From assembly GCA_040390125.1 (NCBI GenBank), contig JAZJYZ010000001.1, forward strand, positions 506,396-570,395: a stretch of 64,000 nucleotides of DNA. Direction: 5' to 3'. The DNA comes from Patescibacteria group bacterium. Lineage in GTDB: Bacteria > Patescibacteriota > Minisyncoccia > Phycocordibacterales > Phycocordibacteraceae. Both the position numbers and the translations under genes were made by a program. Of this stretch, positions 10,701-17,999 are shown in pieces. The notes below the pieces were generated by a model. The model did not search any database and was not told the origin of the DNA. It worked only from the letters and a program-made list of their open reading frames with translations. Numbering within the stretch: the stretch's first letter is position 1; every line of letters begins with the position of its first letter.

Positions 10701-12496
10701 CTAATCCACCGAACATTACCGACCCGACGCCTGAGTTCTCTGCGATCTATAACGATCCTGATGCTACCGACTCAGCAATGAACTATAAAATTCAAGTTGC
10801 TACGTCCTCTTCGTTCACAAGCCTCAAATGGGACTCAGGCAAAACCGCCCTCGGTGTCCCTACGGCCCAAGGCTCTCGCATCGCTGACATTTCATACGCC
10901 GGCTCCGCTCTCGCATCCTCCACCACCTACTACTGGCGCATAAAATTCTGGGACGTGGCTGATGCAGAAGGTGAGTGGAGTACCGCAACTTCCACTTTCG
11001 CCCTCGCCTCAAGCTATACACCACCCCCTGCTCAGACAGGAGGTATCCAGAACATTTCTTTCACCTACGACGCTGTTGGTAATATCACACTTCTTACAGA
11101 ATCCGCCACTTCAACTGGCCTCTATCGAAGCGTCACCTACACGTATGACACCCTATATCGCTTAACGAACGCTAGTACGACCGTTGCCTCATCAACTCCA
11201 TACTCTCGTTCATACACATACAGCAAGCTTGGCAATATGCTTTCGTCCGACCTCGGTGCGTATGCATATGCGGGCACAGGATACGCCAACTCCCATGCAG
11301 TGACGTCGATAGGAAACGGCATTGCCACTACTACCTATGGATATGACAACAATGGGAACCTCATCACTTCCGGCTCAAACACCTACGCGTGGGACTACAG
11401 GAACCACCTCACCTCCACAACAGTTGGCGGTATCGTTACCTCCTTCGGATATGATCACACGGCTAATAGAATGTTTAAATCCACAAACTTCGCCACCACC
11501 ACAACCCCCAATAAGTACTACACCACCACCTCAGCCACAACCACCAAAAACATATTCACTCCCGGTGGAGAGTTGATTGCCACAATCATCGGTACAGGCG
11601 CAAACGCAACGACCACGTACGTACATACAGATTGGTTAGGGGGGACGAACGTAGTCACGAATGAAGATTCAGACACTGTTGAAGTTGAAGATCCATATCC
11701 GTATGGGGCATCGAGAATAAGCGAGACGTATGGCGTGTCGAAAAACCAACGACAATTTGCTGGAACCGAGAGGGATAGTGAAGTGAATTTGGACTACATG
11801 ATTAATCGTTTTTACGATCCGTCCCGAGGACAATTTATCTCGGAAGATCCTACATTTTGGAGACGACAGAATCTCGAAAATCCACAGAGTTTTAATTCTT
11901 ATTCGTATGCGGAAGGGAATCCTATAAATAAAAAAGATCCTGAGGGACTTGAAGCATATGGAGTCGGTATAACTATAGGAGCTGAGGGTGGGCTTGGAGT
12001 TTTTGCAGGTTTCACATTTAGTGCAGGGCTTAGTTATGTACACAATCCAGATACTGACCAACGTTGGTTTGCGGCACCAGTTAGCTTTGGTAGTACAGCA
12101 GGAATATTTGGATCTAGTGTCAGTTATCCGAAATCTGATATATCGCCAACAGTAATGGGGGCATATGCCGGAGCTGGTTTAAATGTAAATTACTCGCCCA
12201 ATGCAAAAACACCGAATGATATCCGTGGTGTTCAAACCAGCTTAAATTTCAATATTCCCGCCGCTTCGGTTTCTATACAAGGTGGGCAAACAAATTCCCC
12301 GACAATATCAGGCGGGCTAGGAGTCAAAGGAGTTGGATCTGGAAGTATGTATTCTGTGCAAACTTGGGCACCAGCTGTAAGTTTTAGTACAATCAAGACT
12401 GTTACAAGCAGTATGGTAGGCTCATTGCAGACAGCTATTAATCAACTTCAACAAAAAACAAACACGACCAGTAATCAGAGTAAGAAAAAACCATGA
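4760..12496 (+). CDS. giant SpvB/TcB-like + FG-GAP + RHS repeat-associated core protein (polymorphic toxin-like)
   Basis: Signal-like N-terminus; SpvB motif GALTERIPIAIPPGRNGLQPDITLEYNS; repeated DxNGDGxxD; YD repeats; core RFYDPSRGQFISEDP...YSYAEGNPINKKDPEG; Gly-rich C-terminal tip. Confidence 0.92.
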   Translation: MKYRGPSSPVRISLSTRLLSKTPAFMLAFFIFFGVLVAQNIYAFGTGEPTVFNPNVFGFESSNLKVEGPTGALTERIPIAIPPGRNGLQPDITLEYNSQRTEDSIVGYGWSLSIPYIQRMNKAGSQDLYSADAVFSSSMDGELVQVSTTTVTHRARVDTGASNSYSFSGNTWTVYDKKGTRYTFGMDDASRQYDSATTSARTYTWMLSEIRDTNDNTVVFHYTRDGNQLYPSQINYTGSAAVEGPLAVTFATSTRPDVRESYKTGFKVTTNYRISEIDTLIASSTVGKYLLSYGTGSNGVRSLLTSIQQQGYDENNTLSSLPAMTFAYASSSSMFYTLSSGGDILLNSQVEIPSDVNGNGKNDITGFYYNHNNSTVGADLYIDQSTTVTGITPPDYWGRKSGANLVPEERGTRYLDVNGDGKADVVKGLEDNYNATTTRSLYVNSYATSTDAYSWTASTTYTGTIPLFGYSSTYLTLTSGLFGEINGDGLPDYVMALPGYTGTETYLGNGSTWNATTTTFAPIYNMPTTAPTENASQLIDMNGDGLDDWVYSIGSNTYARLNNGTGWNGSASSQWTIATSTLYQTSVGGSTVYYDRGIRFMDMNGDGLPDFVRSYYMPTHTACTGVAQGEVATVKQVLLNTGNGWATSTAYTLPEYIVYGVVDSSSPCNFTGVFSHREYSNWIGNGQMKQDVMTRSTSAKGAEKSIIYTPSTQLGTNPELPASLLVVTEMGESDGFGNTATTSYQYSGGKVYLANGIRDRKFAGFALSTSTSPDSVAVTYFSQGTGLNTTLGEQTNGYAQINRPFRKDLFDLSNVLKKHTYYRWDSSTIASSTFVGLGRELILDYATDGSTHRDKGTDFLYASTTNDLLRTIEYGEVSGSSDGTFSDIGTDKRTTLFTYTASTSVNMSVPRSKTLSDYSNATTTDERYYYDTLSFGNVTKGNKTTSEKLKSGITYVSSQNAYNSYGLPTSATDPRGKVTTYNYDSKNLYIATSTNPLSQTTQFYYDYSLGKPKQTIDPNGRIFETTYDGVDRPLAEKQPNISNPTSLVNKKTYAYTDTIGSRKIIETNYLDGSTDFTFHTYLDGLNRPIQTRKEAETADQFSVKDFVYNNAGLLKKESLPYFSGGSSKTSASATDALYSRYTYDALKRPLTIANAVGTTTNTYGAWIATTTDALGNARGLAYDAFGRLVQVTLPDTGNVTAYTYDTVGNLSSITDANANVRNFTYDALGRRLTAEDVHAGGDGTYGTWSYVYDASGNLASTTDPKSQQVDYMYDDINRLLTENYTGQGGTEVSYAYDSCTEGIGRLCIATSTDAISSFTYNALGLTASESKNIASTVYLTSYAYDRQSNITGIVYPDNSEVEYSYNTAGLLESVAQKESGDSFLNLISDFDYTPTEKVTFKAFANGIQSTYDYDANTLYRLANIYTSASSTEGGGGMGFGGSFWSNIARAVENFPFALRGKLAFAEELSEIPAILETELNLENPSSSETPEEPVLPEVAELAVPEESILSEPIEEENAPLTPPVVEMFESTSTESMIESETEEVPAVIQEVEGEVLVEDEASPKTEVEKDLPFETIRAAVEGRSASERASIKGQEVAKISSIPRTPRKGYDIEIVSMEPIDGGIQVFVRAWKNCKLLCNSSDPAMQEESLSETDSRRDDDMQIGFGLDGSVDMERFRIFNPPILVEDEKGDIVRNWEDPDSKKLEEHRFREDPKEALLQVIEQNLSIMKNIHTDGKIIPEKRGNTTDTYYPDANPESTSTDGFTDDDNNWNYHRSWAQVHDGDGTQGRQSANATSEYLSVLADKGNDGGLYYHMRRTHILFDTSAIGSGDIVSSATLSIYGVSKSDGQSDSLYVTDTNPASTTEIVATDMDNVTIHGATAYATPITVASFSTSGYNNFSLNSNGLAAVNKIGISKFSLRLGLDFNETSSHDSPPGSADNYLSMYASDQSGTANDPKLVVEHTAAPNSTSTPPTNLLAEGQTNPPNITDPTPEFSAIYNDPDATDSAMNYKIQVATSSSFTSLKWDSGKTALGVPTAQGSRIADISYAGSALASSTTYYWRIKFWDVADAEGEWSTATSTFALASSYTPPPAQTGGIQNISFTYDAVGNITLLTESATSTGLYRSVTYTYDTLYRLTNASTTVASSTPYSRSYTYSKLGNMLSSDLGAYAYAGTGYANSHAVTSIGNGIATTTYGYDNNGNLITSGSNTYAWDYRNHLTSTTVGGIVTSFGYDHTANRMFKSTNFATTTTPNKYYTTTSATTTKNIFTPGGELIATIIGTGANATTTYVHTDWLGGTNVVTNEDSDTVEVEDPYPYGASRISETYGVSKNQRQFAGTERDSEVNLDYMINRFYDPSRGQFISEDPTFWRRQNLENPQSFNSYSYAEGNPINKKDPEGLEAYGVGITIGAEGGLGVFAGFTFSAGLSYVHNPDTDQRWFAAPVSFGSTAGIFGSSVSYPKSDISPTVMGAYAGAGLNVNYSPNAKTPNDIRGVQTSLNFNIPAASVSIQGGQTNSPTISGGLGVKGVGSGSMYSVQTWAPAVSFSTIKTVTSSMVGSLQTAINQLQQKTNTTSNQSKKKP

Positions 12497-12497
12497 T

Positions 12498-13016
12498 ATG
12501 AAAAACCTATATAAGCGATTGTTTGATTATAGTGAGAATATTCAATTTGAATGCGTTGTTTCCATGGAAGAGGCATTAAAGCGATTAGCAGAAAAACTAC
12601 AAAAGCAGAGTGTCTTTATATTTTTAACTTCTACCGTATCGCATCCGTCGCTTATGGGGCAAATAACAAAAAATTCAGTTAAATTGCACAGAGTCGTTCC
12701 TTTTCTGGGCAATATTTATAAGCCAATTTTTTACGGAAGATTTAATAACAAAAATGGAAAAATTGTATTAGAAGGAATGTTTACAATGAGTCCCATCGCC
12801 AAGATCTCAACCCTCCTTTTCTTAACAATCTTTGTGGCTATTGAAATAATTATGCTTCCAGTAGGATTTGCTCAAGCTGATCCATCTGCAATATTATTAC
12901 TATTTGCGATTCCTATTATTGCCTTTCTTCCAGTCTGTTTCCTATTTCTTGGTAGGCGTTTAGCTAGGAATGACATGGAATGGATTTCAAATCACATCAA
13001 ATCAACACTAGCCTGA
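12498..13016 (+). CDS. membrane protein, putative immunity protein for the Rhs C-terminal domain
   Basis: Starts immediately after the Rhs stop; two C-terminal hydrophobic helices. Confidence 0.65.
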   Translation: MKNLYKRLFDYSENIQFECVVSMEEALKRLAEKLQKQSVFIFLTSTVSHPSLMGQITKNSVKLHRVVPFLGNIYKPIFYGRFNNKNGKIVLEGMFTMSPIAKISTLLFLTIFVAIEIIMLPVGFAQADPSAILLLFAIPIIAFLPVCFLFLGRRLARNDMEWISNHIKSTLA

Positions 13017-13046
13017 AATAGTGTTCTTCTCTAACTACAATTAATC

Positions 13047-13442
13047 ATGAACTTCGGTGACGTAAAAACTATACTTGAATCTCTCACCGAGTTGGTTAAA
13101 AAAACTGCTACTCTCGATCTGCAAGAAAAGATTGTGAATTTGCGTGAGTACATTATTTCTATTAAGGACGAAAATATTACATTGAAAGAAGAGAATCAGG
13201 CTCTTAAACTCGAACTTTCTACAGAGCATGATTTTTTTCTTAAGAACGGTTTGTATTGGAGGGAGGGCGATCAAGTGCCATTTTGTCAAAAATGCTTGGA
13301 TGGTTCCAAAAAACGCATTCATCTCCAACCTTGGAATACCACCGGAGGATGGAAGTGTTTTGAATGTACTAGCTATTACAACCCTCAGCGTGGTGCGGAT
13401 GTTCATGTCTTCAGACCGAATAGACAAAATCCTGCTCGTTAG
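13047..13442 (+). CDS. hypothetical coiled-coil plus zinc-ribbon protein
   Basis: Heptad-rich N-terminal half; CQKC and CFEC pairs. Confidence 0.7.
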   Translation: MNFGDVKTILESLTELVKKTATLDLQEKIVNLREYIISIKDENITLKEENQALKLELSTEHDFFLKNGLYWREGDQVPFCQKCLDGSKKRIHLQPWNTTGGWKCFECTSYYNPQRGADVHVFRPNRQNPAR

Positions 13443-13525
13443 ATGAGTATTTCTTTTCATAGACACCGTCAGTATCGCCACAATCGGGTAAGTCCAGTTA
13501 ATTCAGCGAAGACTTTTGGTAACTC

Positions 13526-14932
13526 ATGAAATCAGTGAAAATCCTTCGCCGTGTGCGAGTTACCGTAAAACCCCACACTTTCTCACTGGATCCAATGTGG
13601 TCTGCTTTCCTCCAGTACAAGGGGAGAGTGGTCGAAAGCCCACAAAGGAACGCCACAAATCTCTTAAGCCCGTACTGGCCGCCCAACAGGGAGAGTGCAT
13701 TCTTGTTCCCAGAATATGGAGAGGGTGTCGATGCAGTTCCTACTACTACCTATGGATATGACCAAAGCGGCAATTTGACGAGTGCAAACTCAAATCTCTA
13801 TGGCTGGGATTTTAAGAACCGAATGGCATCAACTACGGTTGGCGGCATCGTTACCACATTTGGATACGACCACGGGATCGAGCGGGTTTTCAAGAGTACG
13901 AATTTCGCAACTACAACGTATCCTTCGAAATATTATTCCGCTACTAGTGCAACGACCACCAAGTATGTATTTGCTGGAGATGAGCTGATTGCGACCATTA
14001 CCACTTCTGGAGCGACATCAACAAAACAATATATTCATAATGACCATCTCGGAGGAACGAACGTCGTGACGGATGAAGACTCTAACACAGTGCAGGCTCT
14101 GGATTACTATCCGTATGGCAGTGAGAGGATAGACCAAAACTACGGGGGTTCTCCGTCTCAAAAAACTTACATCGGACTTTATTCAGATTCGGAAACAGAT
14201 CTTCTGTATGCCAAAGCGCGATATCTTGAACCTTCACGCGGGCAGTTCATAAGTCAGGATCCGGTTTTTTGGGAAATCGGGTTAACTCAAGACGGGCGAA
14301 ACGCTCTGATTAATCCACAGGCAGCCAATTCGTATTCGTACGCAGAAGACAATCCAATCACAAAGAAAGATCCAGACGGTAGATGCGCAGGTCCGTTTAT
14401 AGCAGCTGCGCCGGTATGTCTCGGCGTAGCATATGGAATAATAGAAACTGCGGCCACTAATCCTGATGCAACTTTCGGTCAGTATGTAGTTGGTGCAGTT
14501 AGTGGAGGTATCCAAGGTGGATTGCTCGAAGCAAGAATAGTTGGAGGGGCAATATTAGGATTTGGTTCCTCGTTAGCTCAAGATTATGTTGGTGGTCAGT
14601 CACTAAACTTCCAAAGGGCTTTCGTTGCTGCAGGTTCCAATGCAGTTGGAGCTGGCACTATTAAATCCGCTGTTAGTGGGGTTACAAATGTAGCCGCACA
14701 AGCAGGAGGTACGCTTTCTTTAAACGCTGGTTCTAGAGCTGTTGCTTCTGGGATTTCTGGAGGATATCAAACAGTTACTAACGTAAGCGCACAACGATCT
14801 TTTGCACCAGTAATTTCGCAACCTTCGAATTCTAATGCTTCAAAATCCACCTCGCCCTCATCGAGTGGAGGTGGGTTTGTTGGGCAAGTAGTGAATTCAA
14901 TTAAAAGTTTCGTATCTAGCATATTCAAATGA
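13526..14932 (+). CDS. orphan Rhs core plus alternative C-terminal toxin-like domain (Rhs homology begins ~13742)
   Basis: YIHNDHLGGT, ARYLEPSRGQFISQDP, YSYAEDNPITKKDPDG; DNA similarity to the main Rhs from 11327. Confidence 0.85.
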   Translation: MKSVKILRRVRVTVKPHTFSLDPMWSAFLQYKGRVVESPQRNATNLLSPYWPPNRESAFLFPEYGEGVDAVPTTTYGYDQSGNLTSANSNLYGWDFKNRMASTTVGGIVTTFGYDHGIERVFKSTNFATTTYPSKYYSATSATTTKYVFAGDELIATITTSGATSTKQYIHNDHLGGTNVVTDEDSNTVQALDYYPYGSERIDQNYGGSPSQKTYIGLYSDSETDLLYAKARYLEPSRGQFISQDPVFWEIGLTQDGRNALINPQAANSYSYAEDNPITKKDPDGRCAGPFIAAAPVCLGVAYGIIETAATNPDATFGQYVVGAVSGGIQGGLLEARIVGGAILGFGSSLAQDYVGGQSLNFQRAFVAAGSNAVGAGTIKSAVSGVTNVAAQAGGTLSLNAGSRAVASGISGGYQTVTNVSAQRSFAPVISQPSNSNASKSTSPSSSGGGFVGQVVNSIKSFVSSIFK

Positions 14933-15387
14933 AATATAAACCTAGATTAATTTGGAGTGGATCCATTGCAAGTGGACTCTTATTAATAATCTTGCTGGCT
15001 CTTAATGGCTTTCTTAGTAATCCGCTTTTATGGACAGATAAATTCGCCCTCTTACCCTTTGTTTTACTAATATTTATGGGTCTACACGTTCTTTTTGGAA
15101 TGTATGTTTTCTTTGATGAATCAAAATTATGCCGCGTGGATTTCTTTATATGGAGGAGTTGCATCGCTATCGCGGATATCCAAAGTGTTGTATACCAATC
15201 CTCCTTAATCTTTGGAGGACCAAATAAAACCGTTTCTGTTTTTGATGCAAAAGGGAAGAAGGTATTTATGGAGAGCATGCCTTTTGGCAAAGAAATGCAG
15301 AAGGATTTAATCGATAAACTTATACGCCTCAACCCCTCTATTAGATTGAATGAAGATGCCGAGGCACTTCTTCGTGAAAATAAATGA
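14929..15387 (+). CDS. membrane protein, putative immunity protein for the orphan Rhs tip
   Basis: ATGA overlap with the orphan Rhs stop; two N-terminal hydrophobic helices. Confidence 0.65.
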   Translation: MKYKPRLIWSGSIASGLLLIILLALNGFLSNPLLWTDKFALLPFVLLIFMGLHVLFGMYVFFDESKLCRVDFFIWRSCIAIADIQSVVYQSSLIFGGPNKTVSVFDAKGKKVFMESMPFGKEMQKDLIDKLIRLNPSIRLNEDAEALLRENK

Positions 15388-15590
15388 TTCATACACACCG
15401 ACGATACCGCCACGGCAGTACAAATCCAGCTCAAATCTTGCAGATTGTTGGTAAGTCACTCTGTATCTCATCAGGTTGCTTTACAAGGAAGCTGGGCATT
15501 GTAGAGTTTGTTTACTATGGCAGATAACATAGACCTAAAAAGGACATCCAGCTTTACTTTAGAGGCAACAGATATAGTCATTCGCGAAGA

Positions 15591-15610
15591 AAATGGGGTC
15601 AGCCACCATT
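15591..15610 (+). repeat. left inverted end motif of the RAYT element
   Basis: aaatggggtcagccaccatt is the exact reverse complement of 16297-16316. Confidence 0.9.
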
Positions 15611-15630
15611 TTCAGTGATACGATACCTCC

Positions 15631-16308
15631 ATGCCTCGCATCCAGCGTACCGACATTGGTAATCATGTCTATCATGTTTTAAACCGTGCCAACGCACGAG
15701 CACAGATTTTCGACTCCAAAGAGGACTACCTTCTCTTCGAGAGCATTCTAGAAGAGGCAGTAGAGAAGTTTGATATGCGTCTTCTTGCCTATTGCCTCAT
15801 GCCTAACCATTGGCATTTCGTGCTCTATCCCCGAGCCGATGGTGACCTCGCCGCCTTCATGGGTTGGCTCACCAATACACATACCAGACGGTGGCATGTA
15901 GCCAAGAAAACCATCGGTCACGGACATCTCTACCAAGGACGATATAAATCATTTCTCTGTCAGACTGATTCGCACTTCTTGACTCTAGTGAGATACGTTG
16001 AGAGGAATGCCAAAAAAGCAAACCTCGTGCGGCGGGCGGAAAATTGGAAGTGGTCCAGTGTGTGGAGAAGAGAGGAGGGAACACTAGAACAAAAGAAAAT
16101 CCTTACGGAATGGCCGGTATCAATGCCACCACACTATCTTGCTCTACTCAATGAACCGCAAACTAAAGCAGAAGAAGATGCTCTGGAGCGGTCAATTGCA
16201 AAAAATATACCATTCGGGAGTGAGAAATGGCGTGATGTTATTATTAAAAAGCATGGTCTTGAACAAACACTCCACTCGGTCGGAAGACCTCGAAAGAATG
16301 GTGGCTGA
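15631..16308 (+). CDS. REP-associated tyrosine transposase (RAYT, Y1 HUH family)
   Basis: YHVLNRAN, AYCLMPNHWHFV (HUH), GHLYQGRYKS, RYVERN, WKWSS, C-terminal GRP. Confidence 0.93.
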   Translation: MPRIQRTDIGNHVYHVLNRANARAQIFDSKEDYLLFESILEEAVEKFDMRLLAYCLMPNHWHFVLYPRADGDLAAFMGWLTNTHTRRWHVAKKTIGHGHLYQGRYKSFLCQTDSHFLTLVRYVERNAKKANLVRRAENWKWSSVWRREEGTLEQKKILTEWPVSMPPHYLALLNEPQTKAEEDALERSIAKNIPFGSEKWRDVIIKKHGLEQTLHSVGRPRKNGG

Positions 16309-16329
16309 CCCCATTTCTGACCCCATTTC
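16297..16329 (-). repeat. right inverted end motif of the RAYT element with partial tandem duplication
   Basis: aatggtggctgaccccattt followed by ctgaccccatttc; contains the RAYT stop codon. Confidence 0.9.
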
Positions 16330-16330
16330 C

Positions 16331-16370
16331 CAAGAAAGCTCGCAAAGCAGCTCAATGGAGCAAAAGATAG
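16331..16370 (+). repeat. second copy of the rpsI 3' end (att-like right boundary)
   Basis: 34 bp identical to 4375-4408, then AGA TAG (Arg-stop) in place of CGC TAA. Confidence 0.95.
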
Positions 16371-16516
16371 CTTCGGCATATTTTGGAGAATCTTACGATG
16401 TTGAAGGTGACTTCGCAGAGTTTTCCTCTGTCTGGCATCCCCCTCAACCCTCATTTCCTGAAAAAATTTCCTTCGCACTTCCACTCGCTGAAGTCAGTAG
16501 TAATGCTTGACAAATA

Positions 16517-17005
16517 TTGTATTTAGTGATGATATGTAAAGCCACTATGACTAACTTCGATTCAAGACCTGAGGGAAGATTTATGCCAGCATTTCGTGAA
16601 CCTACTTCACAAGGGCCTGCTCCTGAGCAATTTGTCCCACGAATGGAAACACTAACCAGGAGACCCGAAGGACAGGTACCTTCTATGACAAATGTCAGAA
16701 GGCTTAATTTGCCCCCTGGAGATTTCGGTCCTCAAGGCTATCGTTACGAACCAGCAACTCACTCTAAGCATTACTCCTTACCACGACGGTTAGGGTACTT
16801 GGTTGCTTCAATGATTGGTGCAGCTATGGGGCTTGCAGGTCTTATTGGCGGACCAGCTCTGGCGTATTTTGCTTTAACAACAGCCCCCTTTGTTAGCTTC
16901 ATCTTTGCGGTTCCCGTAGCTGCAGGGCTTGCCCTTGGTGTGTTGGGTGCCGCTCTGTTAGTTGGTACTCGTGATGCATTTAAAGTTGCAGCAGGAAAGG
17001 ATTAG
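16517..17005 (+). CDS. hypothetical membrane protein (start may be 16547)
   Basis: Pro-rich N-terminus and two Gly/Ala-rich TM helices; TTGACA upstream, terminator downstream. Confidence 0.65.
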   Translation: MYLVMICKATMTNFDSRPEGRFMPAFREPTSQGPAPEQFVPRMETLTRRPEGQVPSMTNVRRLNLPPGDFGPQGYRYEPATHSKHYSLPRRLGYLVASMIGAAMGLAGLIGGPALAYFALTTAPFVSFIFAVPVAAGLALGVLGAALLVGTRDAFKVAAGKD

Positions 17006-17042
17006 ATAAGAATCTTTTTTCTGTACTATCTTATTCCTGAAC

Positions 17043-17071
17043 GCCGTTCACATCACGTGAACGGGTTTTTT
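17043..17071 (+). terminator. intrinsic terminator
   Basis: ccgttcac-atcac-gtgaacgg followed by a T run. Confidence 0.75.
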
Positions 17072-17086
17072 ACATTGTGTTTTTGG

Positions 17087-17146
17087 AAATGGCGTCAGCC
17101 ACCATATTTTATGATTAACACCCTCACCATTTCTGCCCCCACTTTC
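17087..17146 (+). repeat. degenerate, empty copy of the RAYT end motifs
   Basis: aaatggcgtcagccaccat (1 mismatch to the left end), then ccatttctgcccccactttc resembling the right end. Confidence 0.7.
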
Positions 17147-17186
17147 TGAATTGTAGTTAATTATCCTGGGTATACTGAAACCCAGT

Positions 17187-17402
17187 ATGATGTTGGAAAA
17201 TTTAAACAAATTAAAAATTGGAGAGCAATCTCAAATACTTAATTTTCAAAATTCGAAGCCTACCAAAAACGAACTCCATGTATCGTACGGAGGAAGTATT
17301 ACATCAAAAGAGATGTTGCAAATTGAAGGCGGTCTTGCTGTAGGAGTTCTTATGCTCCTCTTTATACATTTTTTAAAAAGAGATTCTCCAAAAAATAAAT
17401 AA
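17187..17402 (+). CDS. small hypothetical membrane protein
   Basis: C-terminal hydrophobic helix; TATACT just upstream. Confidence 0.5.
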   Translation: MMLENLNKLKIGEQSQILNFQNSKPTKNELHVSYGGSITSKEMLQIEGGLAVGVLMLLFIHFLKRDSPKNK

Positions 17403-17441
17403 ATTCATTGACGTTTCCTAAAATTTAGGGCATATTATAAA

Positions 17442-17999
17442 GTGATGAACACTGAAGACGATGTTGTTATTGAGCCAGATGACGAAAGCTTGGAGGGGGA
17501 AGGGGCGTCAGCTACTAAACTTTCAGCTCAAATAAAAAAAATAAAAAGTGAGCTTGAAAAAGCCCTAAAGGAACGTCAAGAGTATTTAGATGGCTGGCAG
17601 AGAGCAAAAGCTGATTACGTAAATATCCGTAAGCGTGCTGAAGATGAACGCCAGGCACTGGTTAAGGGTGCTTCTAGGGGACTTGTTGAGGCACTACTGC
17701 CGGCTCTCGACAGCTTTGATCACGCTATGAGCTCAGTTGAGGGTGGTGGGGCCTGGATAGAGGGTATAAAAAACACGCACAGCCAACTCATGAAGGCACT
17801 CGAAGCAGAAGATGTGAGTGCGTTTGACCCTTTGGGGGAAATTTTTGACCCGAATGTACATGAGCCGGTTGAGACAGTTGCAGTAACAAGTGAGGTAGAG
17901 GATAATACAGTAACTAAAGTCTACCAAAAAGGGTACACCCTTCATGGTACGATTATCCGCCCAGCACGTGTTGCGGTTGGACATTATCAAAATAGTTGA
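17442..17999 (+). CDS. grpE: nucleotide exchange factor GrpE
   Basis: QRAKADYVNIRKR, LLPALDSF, FDPNVHE, QKGY...RPARVAV. Confidence 0.97.
   Translation: MMNTEDDVVIEPDDESLEGEGASATKLSAQIKKIKSELEKALKERQEYLDGWQRAKADYVNIRKRAEDERQALVKGASRGLVEALLPALDSFDHAMSSVEGGGAWIEGIKNTHSQLMKALEAEDVSAFDPLGEIFDPNVHEPVETVAVTSEVEDNTVTKVYQKGYTLHGTIIRPARVAVGHYQNS

Larger units (their letters stand above)
4409..16364. mobile_element. putative genomic island integrated at the rpsI 3' end (Rhs toxin/immunity cassettes plus RAYT)
   Basis: Bounded by the exact 34-bp rpsI repeat; accessory gene content. Confidence 0.7.

Noticed and set aside
13526-13741. N-terminal 72 aa of the orphan Rhs ORF as a real domain
   Set aside because: No Rhs similarity before 13742; probably an incidental open extension
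11327-14400. Rhs core duplication as a DGR template/variable repeat pair
   Set aside because: Differences are not confined to adenines and no reverse transcriptase is present
16139-16510. 123-aa ORF spanning the RAYT end
   Set aside because: Overlaps the RAYT out of frame and reads through repeats and the rpsI fragment
17408-17441. CIRCE/HrcA operator upstream of grpE
   Set aside because: No TTAGCACTC-N9-GAGTGCTAA; only a short cctaaa-a-tttagg palindrome in the promoter spacer
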